From an uncultured candidate division Zixibacteria bacterium (GTDB taxonomy: Bacteria > Zixibacteria > MSB-5A5 > UBA10806 > 4484-95), in the NCBI GenBank assembly GCA_963668625.2, contig CAXXKA010000004.1:1-64000 (forward strand): DNA of 64,000 nucleotides, given 5' to 3'. The notes under the pieces were generated by a model that saw only the letters and a program-made list of their open reading frames with translations, was not told where the DNA came from and ran no database searches. This document shows, in pieces, positions 1 through 10,527 of this stretch (its first letter is position 1; each line of letters starts with the position of its first letter). The position numbers and the translations under genes were made by a program.

Positions 1-3000
1 CAGAGAGAAGCTCTCCGCCTATTTCCCTGACAAAATAGTTTAACCCGCCACCTAAAGGCAGATGCAGGCCGGGCAGATCGAACTGTTTGGTTTCAACCTG
101 ACCGGTAATCTGGCCGTTCCAGTAACCGGCGTTTTAAAATCGTTACCCCTGGGTTTCTGAGATCGGGTGGGACGAACTCCGGGAATTCGGGAAAACTCAG
201 TTCGAAATCGAAAGCGAAACCCCAGTTTTCCAGAGGGCCGCCGTCATAGTCGAACCAGTTGAATGTCAGAGCCGCCATTCTGAACGCCAGCGGCTTTATG
301 CCGAATCCCTCGAAAGCAAACACCTCCTCGGATAACTCGGGAATCGAGTATTCCGGTATGTGGATGCCCGTTTTACTGATAAGTATCCCCTCCATTCGGG
401 GAAGCTGGAAACCTAAATCGGGGAACGCCAGACCGAGGCCGACGCCTATTTCAAAGTCCCAACCGGTTAGCTTATTATAGTCGAGTCTGGGGATCGTAAA
501 GTCCGAGAACAGGAGGTCCAAGCTGCCGAGATCGAGCCGTGGCATCTGCCCCGGCATATCCACCTGAAAATCTTGCAGGGTCACGCCATGCTGGGTGAGG
601 TTTAATACGGTAGAGGCGCCGTAGCTAATGGTATCAGCCAAATTAAGATGAATACCACCGGCTAAACTCAGGTTGAAATCAAGCGCAAAAGGCACGAATC
701 GAGTCTCGAACGAGCCGGTTATGTTAGAAATAGTCAAACTAAGATTATCACTTCCCTCGACAAGCGGAATATTTTGTTCCGTGGGAAAATCGAAATCTCC
801 CAGCAACCGGCCATCAGGCATTATAGTAAGTTGCACCATCTCGCCACCGATACCGGTATCAAACAGCTTGAGATTACCCCCGAGCCTGAAACCATTCAAA
901 CCATCGATATCGCCATAGATAATTTCTCGCACCTCGAGTGGAATCCCGATCGTGCTTAAATCGAATGTGGGATACGATTCGGGCGGGATGGTGACATTAA
1001 TCGAACCATCAACAAGCCCTCTATCGAGCGGATCGATAATGATATCGAATTCTATACCAATTTGCGGCGGGGATGGTTGATTTACCTGCAAACAAGCCAT
1101 CACGAGATTAACAGGACGGCCGGGGCGCGCGAATAGCCGAAGTCCGGCATCCGATATCTCATGATTGACCAGCAGGCTATCGGCTGATTTCAACTGAATG
1201 TAAGCTAAATCCTCGGAAGGCAAAGGCAATTTTTCAGGCAGGAAAGCCATTCCGAAATAGCTTAAATCAGGGAAGAACCCGCGTGAATCTATTAACGCAA
1301 TACGGCTATCTCCCGCGAAAAATTCGAGCTGCCCTGCGGATACTTTAAACGGGCTGAGCGACAATGAGAATTCGGGTGAGTAGTTTCCCATAAGCGAGGG
1401 CAAGTCGTAGTCCTCGTATTTAAGATGTATACCGGCCTGACCGTGCGCGGTAAAACCATTCGCGCCAATAGAAATGGCCTCCGGTAATTCCAACATTATG
1501 CCGAGAGGTTCGGTTAACTCTGTTCCCCTGGGTACGGCCTGGTAAACAAGTTCATCACCATCTAAAGCCACCTTAAAAGCGAATGGCGTATCGAAAATGA
1601 CGCTGCCGGAATTGATCGCGAACTCGCGCCAATTAACCGAGAGATGATCGAAAGTTACGCCCAGAGTAGTGTGGTCGGCAAACTGTAATTGCTGGCGGCC
1701 GTTTATATTAATACCGTTAGTGGATAATTCTGCGCTGCTTATATTGAAAGACATGGCCGGATTTTCAGCAGGTATATTCCAGACGAATGGAGTGTTCAAT
1801 TCGCCATCCAAATCAAGCAATTCATTTTGGATAAATTCATAACTGAATGTCACCGAGGCATCGATAGGCTGGCCAATCGGATTTTCAAAACCTAATCCGG
1901 CAGAGCCGTCTAGACGGATTCGCTGATTATCATCCTCCAGATAGAACAGCAGGCTGGAGTTGCTGACTGCCAAAGACAGCATCCCAAAATTAAGCGGGCA
2001 CGGTGGAATTAGATTCTCCACGGTACCGGAGAGTTTACCATCCCCCAGTATATTTATCGAGGTCGACAGCAATTCGAGATTTTCATGTCCCTCACAGGTA
2101 AATTCCTCCGGCAGTTGCAATCCGCCGCGAAGGTTTACATTAGGATTGAACGATATACTTACGCCGTCATAACTCGCCCCTAACATTCCGCCGAGTTCGA
2201 TGACATTGAATCCTACCGATTCAGCCAGAGGTATTCTCAAACCGGGCTCGGCGAAATTCACGGTCGGAATAGGAGCATTGAAATTACCGTTTATGAAAGT
2301 CGCATTGTTTATGACTATCTCCGGGTCACGTAGCTCTATCGGGGTACCCTCGGGGAAATTCGGAAAGCGCAGGCGGAGGGTCGAACTCGAAACCGAAATC
2401 CGCCGGTACATTCACATCCCAATTGAACCACGGGAATGTCATTGCAGAAAGCCGGAACGCCGCCATCTCCAGTTCGAATCCCTCGAAATCGACACGCGGA
2501 AGATGCATGGAGCCTATCTCTGTTTGCGGAATGGTAAACCCCGGCCGGCGTGAAAGTTACGTTGGGAATATCGGGAAGAACCAGGACTGTCGAGATCGGG
2601 AAAACACATACCGAGATTCATTCCCAATTCGAAATCCCATTGGCCTGAGGTGTAAGTGAGCGAGGGTAACGACAGATCGCTTAGGCTGAGCTTCAACCAA
2701 TTTAAATCGATAGATGAATAAGCCAGGTCTCCCCTCGGTGTGAAACCATCAACCGCCAGACCATCCTGAGTAATATGCACGTTCATATCCGCGCCGAATG
2801 TTGTCGACTCATCCGGTTGAAAATCAAGTCCGGCCATCGAGGCAATGTCGAACTCGAGTCCAGTGCCATCCAGATTGACATTGAAATTGCCGGAAAGCCC
2901 GTGAAGAGCCAGTATGAATCTATCCGAATTCTCTACCAGGGGAATCGAAATATCGCCATCACAAACGATAGCGCCGGATAGGCGGCCCTCCCGGCCAAGC

Positions 3001-4404
3001 GCAAGTTCCTCGATATCGCATAAGGATTTGGGCGCCGAATAACTCGATACTACCCGCTAAAGTAAGCTCGGGTTCGGAGAATGTCAGTCTTGCCTCGGTT
3101 ATATTCACGCCGGCGATATCGTTCCCGAATGCCAGCAGCGGCGCGCCCGTTGCCGAAAGCGTTCCGTGTAAACCTCCCGCCGACAGATTGAGCGTACCTG
3201 CAAGTTCATGTTCGCCAAGTTCTCCGGGAAGGTTCAACGATCCATCAACAGTCAAAACCATTTGCCGGATTGAACAAGAGATTCTCCGGGTTGAAATACT
3301 CACCCAGCCAATTGGCGGGAAAATCATTCACGCCGACATTCGCGGAAAAAATTACCGGAGGTGAAATGCGGCAGACCAAGATCAATCTTATCCATGACAA
3401 GATCGGTGATTCTTACCCTGAGCGATATTTGATGTTCCTCGGAATATATAATCGAAAGCTCGGCCGAACCGTTAAGAGTATAAGAGAAGTCGTTTTCGGT
3501 AATGGTTAACCTGTCGAGATTTTTCAAATAAGCAAACCCGGCAACGATGGACAGACTGTCATAAGGGAAATCCTTGACAATATCTCCCCCGCTTTCGCCA
3601 AACGTGAATGACCATATCTCGCTTTTACCGTTATTGGCGGTCGGGGCATAGCCATACTGATCGGTAGCGGTAATCTGCCAGACATATTCACTGCCGCGTT
3701 CGAACGAGAGGCCATCGGTGGGATAATTGTAGTTGGTGAAGTTGGTAATGACTGCCTCATGCTGAGGATAGTTGGCCGATATCGCCCGCTCGAGGGTTTG
3801 GCCCGGCAGACGTTCTACTATAAGCAAATTGTAGTCTATCTGGTAGTCGAGCGGGGACGACCACCGGGGTCCACTGGAAAGTCGGATACGGTACCATTAC
3901 CGGATCGGCGTTAAACGGCATTATCAGATAAGGCGGATCAGGATAAACTATGTAGAATGGCGCCGAGTCCTCGGCCAGCATTGCACCGTTAGAGTATATA
4001 CCAACAGTCAGGCTATACTCACCCTCGGGTAATCTTCCGGTACGAAGTATCATGGTTTCGATATCCGAGTTGTAATCGACATCATCGAATTCCACGAAAT
4101 CAGTCGAATACACCGTGATACTAAACGGCCCTACACCTGATTGGTTTTCGGTAACCCCCGTGAATATTTCCCCCTGCGATGTGCTGTTAACTGTTGCGCG
4201 GTAATAGTACTCTACAGGCTGGTTGCCCTGGTATCGTAAAAACAGCGAGCCTAAAGTCGGATCACGTTCCCAATCGTTAAAATACGGGCTGGGGTAGGCA
4301 TTAATATTCAGATTAGTAAACCAATCAATATCCTGAGCGGTGGTTACTACCGGTAATAGCAGAACGAGGGTAATAACCGCGCTTAACAGCCTGGCATATC
4401 TCAT
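1..4404 (-). pseudogene. Giant secreted protein with N-terminal TANFOR-like domain and large beta-rich repeats; multiply frameshifted as given (probably sequencing indels); runs off the window start
   Basis: ORFs 3757..4404, 3324..3827, 2959..3327, 2514..2837, 2326..2508 and 93..2411 join into one frame when small indels are removed. The junctions inspected are single extra bases in homopolymers (e.g. gtc cccg ctc near 3855; ttt ttt near 3350; tta aaa near 135). Signal peptide MRYARLLSAVITLVLLLPVVTTAQ, then a G.LPEGEY...PP.L..P pattern typical of TANFOR domains. Confidence 0.75.
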
Positions 4405-4787
4405 ATAACTTCCCCTGTCTGGGTAAATAGTATCTTTAAAGTTCTTCCCTAATAAAGCCTAAACGTGACAGTCAAAAGTTGCTTGTTTTTTCAATTAAAC
4501 AGTGATGGGATTCAACAAACGAGAGGTAAAACTAAAAAAGAATTTCATATTTAAATTTCCGATAAACTTTATTACTCTCCCACCACTCTACACCGTCAAA
4601 AGGAATTTAAGGTGTTATTACTTCAAAAGTTTAAGCAATATATGAGTATTAAGTCAAGTTAATTTTAAAGCGGCGATGACATGATTCTACAGTCGTATCA
4701 TGTTAAACTGTTGAGAGTGATCTACTAATAACGGATTGTTCTATTAGTTAATTATTGTAGGTAACCACTACTGTCCGGCCTTTCCAT

Positions 4788-4886
4788 CTCGTTGCGATGC
4801 GCTGCTTCGCAACGTGGCTTGTTTGCTTGCAGAATGCGCACTCTACATGATTCAAGAAGGTTTCCAGGCAACGCTTGGAAACCAGG
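4788..4886. repeat. Degenerate REP doublet of the CTCGTT family
   Basis: ctcgttgcgatgcgctgcttcgcaacg ... ggtttccaggcaacgcttggaaaccagg; same layout as the units flanking the RAYT at 43.6-44.8 kb. Confidence 0.7.
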
Positions 4887-4912
4887 AAACTAAGCCTGAT
4901 AACGGCGGGACA

Positions 4913-5017
4913 TGTCAGGATTCATGATACGCTGAATATATAATTGAATCGGTATTTATCTTTCACTAGCAATTCAAAAGAGAAATATAAAATTTACCGA
5001 AAACACCTGACACTAGT
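4913..5017. repeat. ~100-bp AT-rich dispersed element, copy 1 (copy 2 at 61765..61862)
   Basis: Shared tcatga-cgctgaatata...ctttcacta...aaagagaa-tataaaatttaccgaaaa-cacc-gacactagt; inverted ends tgtcagg/cctgaca. Confidence 0.75.
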
Positions 5018-5245
5018 GGTAAGTACTAGTAAACTACCAAAAGACACAGAGCCGGTGGCATTTATCCTGATGACTTATTTCGGCTGGTACGGGTTGCAAA
5101 ACTCCGTTTTTACAACCCGTTGTATTTGATTTAATTCGTTTTGATTTTCTTCCATATTCCAGAACATTATCTAAACGCCGTTGGGCATGGCTTACTCTAC
5201 AAGTTACAGCAAAAAGATAAAAAGCCGTACCAGATTACCGCCTCC

Positions 5246-5393
5246 GGGATTGTTGAAACAGTCTATTTCATGAGTCGCTAGGCAAACGAAGTCCATTATT
5301 CATCCTTTCCCGGCGACATGCCGCATGAAATCAGGTGTCAGGAATGGATTCCTGACACCACCGTCATCCAACAAAGACTTTTTCAACAACCGC
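5246..5393. mobile_element. MITE-like element with 19-bp terminal inverted repeats and 4-bp target duplication
   Basis: TIRs GGGATTGTTGAAACAGTCT / rc GCGGTTGTTGAAAAAGTCT (16/19 match); flanking direct repeat CTCC; internal hairpin ggtgtcaggaat-gg-attcctgacacc (5334..5359). Confidence 0.7.
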
Positions 5394-5527
5394 CTCCGCG
5401 CCAATGACAGATATGCGATAGCGCAGATATCGAGAACCTCAGTCGTTGCTGCAAATAAATATACTTTTCACAAAACGCTTCGTTTTAAACGTACTCACCG
5501 GATAAACAGGTGGTTTTTAGGATTAAT

Positions 5528-5563
5528 AAAAAAACGTGACCCGGACTTTCCCCGGATCACGTT
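5528..5563 (-). terminator. Intrinsic terminator of the ABC operon
   Basis: aacgtgacccgg...ccggatcacgtt stem next to an A-tract (U-tract on the minus strand), 30 nt after the stop codon. Confidence 0.65.
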
Positions 5564-5592
5564 ATGTCCCCATTGAGTCGCATCTTCTATTT

Positions 5593-7395
5593 TCAGGTAA
5601 CCGATCCTACCTGTTCAGCAAGTTGATATCGTTTGTATAGTTTGGCATAAGATTTTTCCTCCTTCAGCATGCCCGCATGACTGCCTGATTTTATCAGCCT
5701 GCCATTTTCCAGGAGGAATATCTTATTGGCTTTTTCGAGCATGTCCGGGCGATGTGTAATAAGGATAACTGTTCTGCCGGGCATCACTTGCTCGAGTCTG
5801 CTCCATAGCGCCGCCTCGGTTCGTGAATCGAGCGCCGAGGTGCAATCATCCAGGATGAGTATTTTCGGCTTACCGACTAACGCCCTTGCCAGCGAAAGCC
5901 TTTGTTTCTGTCCACCTGATATGGACACACCGCGAGTTCCGATCTGGGTATCAAGACCCTCCGGGAAGCTTTCTATCTCGCCGGTTAGCTGGGAGATATC
6001 GGCTGCCCATTCGATATCCTCCTCGGAGATACCCTGCCTTCCGAAAACGATATTGTTACGAATAGTATCTGAAAATAGCACCGGCTCTTGCGGTACGAAA
6101 CCAATGGAGCGACGCAAATCCTCCAGACGATATTCTCGCAGATCATGACCATCAAGCTCGATACGACCCGAGGCCGGATCGACCAATCGGGTAATCATCT
6201 GCACCAGCCAGGTTTTGCCGGAGCCGACTTTGCCGACTATGGCAACACGCTCTCCGGCGCCGATTGTCAGGCTGATGTCATCGATTATCTTACGATCATT
6301 ATCCTTGAAACCGAAACCTGCGTTGATGAATTCCAGCCGGCCTTTAACATCACCATTGACAGGTAATGAACCGTTATCCTCCACCATTGGATCGACATCC
6401 TCCAGCTCGGTCAGGCGGTTTATCGAGATACCTGACTGGCGAGATTTGACCAGGAATTGCCCGATATCGAACATAGGGTACATGAAATAAGCTACGTAGA
6501 ATAAAAATGCTACCAGCTTACCGGGAGTCAATCCTGCGTTTATTACCATGTAACCACCAGCTAACAGCACTATGATTACGCCGAATTGCCAAACATACAT
6601 GTAAAGCGATTCGATCACTGTCATAGCCTTAACCGTGGCTATCTCCGCATTGCGGCGGTCTTGCGCAACTTTTTCGAATTTACTTTTCTGAGAGTCCTCC
6701 TGTACATACGATTTCACCACCCGCACTCCGGAAAAGCATGCCTCCATGATTGCGTTCAGCTTCGATATCTGCCCCTGTAACTTATCATAGCGTCTATCCA
6801 GTATCGAAGCGCTCTTGAAGAAGATTACAATCAGGATAGGAATTGGCGCGGCCACCATCAATGTCAGAAGCGGATCGATCAGGATCATCATGATTAAAGT
6901 GAACGTGGCGAATAATACCGCCTCATACAACCTGAATATTCCCGAACAGGCAAACCACGAGAGCTTCTCGGCCACGTCATCGGTCAAACGAGTAACGGTA
7001 TCACCGGTCCTGAATTTGTTGAAAAAATTGGGGCCTTTCCGGGTAATTCCGCTAAAAGCATCCTGGCGAAACAACCACTCGAGTTTCAAGTTCATCCAGG
7101 CGCGATGTGACTGTACTAATGCGTAAAGTACGATCGCGTTCACTCCCAACGATATCAGGGCCAGCGGATAGGTTGCGAATGTCGGCAATCCAACCATCGC
7201 GCCAAGTTTATCTATCCAGATAGCCAGAAAATTATCCGATACGACACCAGTTTTTATGTAGTCGACCGCGAATTCTATCATCCTCGGTATGGTAACCTGA
7301 AACGCCGCCTGCACCGGCGTCAGTAAAATCAGCACCATTACCACGTACTTGTAGTTCCGGTAATGTCGCCAGAACCATTTAATTTTATCAAGCAT
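5593..7395 (-). CDS. ABC exporter fused TMD-NBD subunit (MdlA/BmrC-like, degenerate Walker B)
   Basis: 6-TM domain, Walker A GKVGSGKT, signature ISGGQKQ, Walker B ILILDD. Confidence 0.92.
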   Translation of the reverse strand: MLDKIKWFWRHYRNYKYVVMVLILLTPVQAAFQVTIPRMIEFAVDYIKTGVVSDNFLAIWIDKLGAMVGLPTFATYPLALISLGVNAIVLYALVQSHRAWMNLKLEWLFRQDAFSGITRKGPNFFNKFRTGDTVTRLTDDVAEKLSWFACSGIFRLYEAVLFATFTLIMMILIDPLLTLMVAAPIPILIVIFFKSASILDRRYDKLQGQISKLNAIMEACFSGVRVVKSYVQEDSQKSKFEKVAQDRRNAEIATVKAMTVIESLYMYVWQFGVIIVLLAGGYMVINAGLTPGKLVAFLFYVAYFMYPMFDIGQFLVKSRQSGISINRLTELEDVDPMVEDNGSLPVNGDVKGRLEFINAGFGFKDNDRKIIDDISLTIGAGERVAIVGKVGSGKTWLVQMITRLVDPASGRIELDGHDLREYRLEDLRRSIGFVPQEPVLFSDTIRNNIVFGRQGISEEDIEWAADISQLTGEIESFPEGLDTQIGTRGVSISGGQKQRLSLARALVGKPKILILDDCTSALDSRTEAALWSRLEQVMPGRTVILITHRPDMLEKANKIFLLENGRLIKSGSHAGMLKEEKSYAKLYKRYQLAEQVGSVT

Positions 7396-9196
7396 TTGCT
7401 GTTGCTCCGTTTTTAAACTGCAGATGGAATAGCTTCGAATAGTATCCCTCCTGCAGGATCAAGTCAGTGTGACTGCCTCGTTCGATAATCTCTCCCCGTC
7501 GAATGACCAGTATCTCATCAGCCTCCAGGATTGTCATCAAACGATGCGCGATTACGAGGGAAGTTCGTCCCTCCATCAATTTCCGCAACGAGTTTTGTAT
7601 CGTACCCTCGGTATGCGGATCGACCGAGCTTGTTGCCTCATCCAGCACCAGGATATCAGGATCGGCGGCCAACGCCCGGGCAAACGACAGAAGCTGCCTC
7701 TCACCCCGGCTGAAATTGGAGCCTTTCTCGGACACCTCCGTTTCGTATTTATCAGGCAGCCTTGAAATAAACCGGTCGGCATCGACAGTAACCGCCGCCT
7801 GCTTCACCCTTTCGGGGGTCATTTGCTCGGTATCTAGCGCGATATTCGAGCTGATCGTATCCGGGAACAGGTAAATATCCTGAAGTACCAGGGCGAACTG
7901 CTTTCTCAGTTCACTGATTTCCAGGTCGCGGATATCGATACCATCAACCGTAATCCGGCCGCGCTGCGGATCGTAAAACCGCAGAAGCAGTGAAATCAGG
8001 GTAGTTTTCCCGCCGCCGGTTACACCCGCAAGAGCTACCTGCCTGCCTTTAGGTATATCGAAACTGACATCTCTTAGCACCCAGTTATCATCATTCGTAT
8101 ACGAAAACCAGACATTCTCGAACCTGATACGATCTACCAGTCCGTTCCAGATAACCGGTCGTTCTTTCTCCGGCAACCTATCATTATTCGAAAGTAGCGC
8201 GAATATGCGTTTCGCTCCGGCAATCGCCTTCTGAATATTGGCAAGCTGCTCCGAGGAGCGATGAATCGGCTCGTATGCTTTCCATATCAGAACCACGAAC
8301 ATACTTATCGTGCCTACTGTCAGCGCTCCCGATTTTATCCAGAGTACCCCGAAAAAAAGCACCATCGCCAACAATACGTTTTCGAAAAAATAAACCGCAT
8401 TGAAAAACATCACCACACCGATATTCACGTAAGAGTCATCTTTGAACTTGGCCCGGTTTGCCGCGTTGAGCTTGCGCTTGATATACTCGCCGCGATGGAA
8501 TATCTGTATAATAGACATACCATGCAGATACTCCGTGAGGGAGGCGGTAACCTCCGCCATCTTCTTACGTACACTGAGAAATCGCTCGTTGGTGTGTTTC
8601 TGGAACAGGTATATCAGGGTGATTATTATCGGCGCCACTGTCGAAAGTATCAGTGTAAGCCTCCAACTGTAATACATCATGACACCCCATATTCCTATCA
8701 GCAGAAGAATATCCGCTATAAGCATCACAACCGTGCGGGTAAACATCATCCGCAACGATTCTGTATCCGATTCCACCCTTGCCATCAAGCGCCCCACCGG
8801 ATTTTTATCGAAAAACGAAACATCCAGCGAAAGGATATGATTGAACAGCCTCCTTTTTAAAGCCAGCATTATATCCTGACCGATTGTTTCGATCTTGATC
8901 GTTTGTATGTACTGAAGCGCCAGGGTGGCTCCCTGTATTAGCGCGATAGCCGCAACTGTCAGTATGAGGCCGGTAAAATCCTTGTTAGCTATATCTATAT
9001 CGACAGCTCGTTTTAATAGCACCGGCCAGCTAAGTGAAAGCAGGGTGGCTGCAATCAGAAGAGCCAGACAGAATACGATACCTTTTTTATGTTTTGCCAA
9101 AAACGGCATAAGTTTGCCGAAAGCCTCACGAGAACCGATACTCTTTTCCTCGGGTCTCATTCTCTCATCATGGAAGAACTCGCTACTCATTTTCAT
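7388..9196 (-). CDS. ABC exporter fused TMD-NBD subunit (MdlB/BmrD-like)
   Basis: Walker A GVTGGGKT, signature FSRGERQ, Walker B ILVLDEATS, IAHR switch; overlaps its partner gene. Confidence 0.92.
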   Translation of the reverse strand: MKMSSEFFHDERMRPEEKSIGSREAFGKLMPFLAKHKKGIVFCLALLIAATLLSLSWPVLLKRAVDIDIANKDFTGLILTVAAIALIQGATLALQYIQTIKIETIGQDIMLALKRRLFNHILSLDVSFFDKNPVGRLMARVESDTESLRMMFTRTVVMLIADILLLIGIWGVMMYYSWRLTLILSTVAPIIITLIYLFQKHTNERFLSVRKKMAEVTASLTEYLHGMSIIQIFHRGEYIKRKLNAANRAKFKDDSYVNIGVVMFFNAVYFFENVLLAMVLFFGVLWIKSGALTVGTISMFVVLIWKAYEPIHRSSEQLANIQKAIAGAKRIFALLSNNDRLPEKERPVIWNGLVDRIRFENVWFSYTNDDNWVLRDVSFDIPKGRQVALAGVTGGGKTTLISLLLRFYDPQRGRITVDGIDIRDLEISELRKQFALVLQDIYLFPDTISSNIALDTEQMTPERVKQAAVTVDADRFISRLPDKYETEVSEKGSNFSRGERQLLSFARALAADPDILVLDEATSSVDPHTEGTIQNSLRKLMEGRTSLVIAHRLMTILEADEILVIRRGEIIERGSHTDLILQEGYYSKLFHLQFKNGATANA

Positions 9197-9241
9197 CCGT
9201 CCTGCTTAAAAGTTAATGTCGCCAGGGACAATTGCGGGATA

Positions 9242-9280
9242 TAAAAAAACCCGCCGATCTTGTTGAAGCGGCGGGTTTAA
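9242..9280 (-). terminator. Leader (attenuator) terminator upstream of the ABC operon
   Basis: Minus strand AAACCCGCCG-N12-CGGCGGGTTTTTTT, about 45 nt before the ABC start codon. Confidence 0.8.
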
Positions 9281-9301
9281 AAAGCTTACAAAGCCTTAAA
9301 G

Positions 9302-9391
9302 TCATGTCATAGACACACTACTCCCGCCGTAAAATGCAGTATCACCATTAGATACTAATTGACTGCAGATATTAATAACTGTGGTGATCAT
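9302..9391 (-). CDS. Putative 29-aa leader peptide MITTVINICSQLVSNGDTAFYGGSSVSMT
   Basis: GAAGGAAGG SD-like sequence upstream; the ORF contains CGGCGGG (9323..9329), complementary to the terminator 5' arm. Confidence 0.6.
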   Translation of the reverse strand: MITTVINICSQLVSNGDTAFYGGSSVSMT

Positions 9392-9473
9392 CAAAAAAGA
9401 ACCTTCCTTCTCTATTTACGACAGGTTTGCATCATCATAATTAATTACGGGTATTACTTTCCCTTTGTTGCAT

Positions 9474-9502
9474 TATTTAATCGAAAAAACTAACAGTGTC
9501 AA
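9474..9502 (-). promoter_or_regulatory. Putative sigma70 promoter for the ABC leader
   Basis: TTGACA-N17-TAAATA on the minus strand. Confidence 0.45.
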
Positions 9503-9658
9503 GAAAAAAATGTAAAAATAATTAGAATTCAATTAACAAAACCAAGTACAGGTTAAAGATATAATATTAATTAACGATTATAATTATTATGAGCCTAGTT
9601 CGCAAATGTATACTTTTAAATAAGTTAAACTTTTCCAATCAATGACCGGGAGTCTGAT

Positions 9659-9886
9659 TTGGCCTTTTGTGAATGTCTGGACAATTGTTTATTTTTTAAC
9701 AATAAAATGGGGATTGAGGCTATTGCCGCAAGTTTCTATAAACAGAAATTTTGCAATGGCGATAACTCCGAATGCGCTCGTTTTCTGGTTTACTCGGAAT
9801 TTGGCAGCAATGATGTACCGTCGGATTTATACCCTAACGAAACCGAGAGGGCTATAAACTTTATCATATCGAGATCCTATAGCTGA
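9659..9886 (+). CDS. Small Cys-rich hypothetical protein
   Basis: CECxxxCxFF...YKxxFCxGDNxxCAR...VPxDLYPN pattern; GGGAG upstream of the TTG start. Confidence 0.7.
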   Translation: MAFCECLDNCLFFNNKMGIEAIAASFYKQKFCNGDNSECARFLVYSEFGSNDVPSDLYPNETERAINFIISRSYS

Positions 9887-10456
9887 TTATTCCGGAGCCT
9901 GTAAATCACTTATATCTGCCGGTGGGGTCGTATCTGGCGGTTCGGTGATAATCACTGATATCTGATTGTCAGTAGTGAAAAATCCCTGTCCATTGCCATA
10001 GAACGATGAGGTATGAAACGGCAACTGGTAATCCCCCGGTGTATTGCATATAACCTTGAATTCAAATGTCAACTCCTGCCCCGTATAGATCACATTTACG
10101 GGGTTTCCAGATGGGCTATCGATTAGCCACTCACAGGTATTATAGCCGTTTACCACGGATGGCGAAATATTGCCCGTGAATTGATCGCTGATATCACTGC
10201 CGTTTATTTTTACCGAATGCTCAATGATTTCGAACTCGGTTGGCAGATTTTCAGAAAAGTAAAGCCCGGTCAGTCCGAACGACTCATTGTTCGATATTGT
10301 TCTTATCAGCACCAATGTATCATTGGCCGGCAGGCTGGAGGCGCTGAGATCATACTGGCAGTCTATATTATATCCGCCGGGATACAATGATTCGGCCGCC
10401 ATAACCGATCCGCTTAAGATCAGTATTATTCCGAATGTTATGATATTTTTGTACAT
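9887..10456 (-). CDS. Secreted Ig-like (DUF11-like) hypothetical protein
   Basis: Signal peptide; ENLP..FE....SVKING pattern; Pro-rich linker-like end DTTPPADISDL. Confidence 0.65.
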   Translation of the reverse strand: MYKNIITFGIILILSGSVMAAESLYPGGYNIDCQYDLSASSLPANDTLVLIRTISNNESFGLTGLYFSENLPTEFEIIEHSVKINGSDISDQFTGNISPSVVNGYNTCEWLIDSPSGNPVNVIYTGQELTFEFKVICNTPGDYQLPFHTSSFYGNGQGFFTTDNQISVIITEPPDTTPPADISDLQAPE

Positions 10457-10527
10457 AGTATATATTTCGGAATGTATCCGCCTAAAATTAAGTTTAAACG
10501 AAAAATTCTATGATTTTCCGCTATTTT

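Noticed and set aside
93-3860. Programmed ribosomal frameshifting in the giant gene
   Set aside because: Too many shifts, in mixed homopolymers and without evident stimulatory structures; sequencing error is simpler
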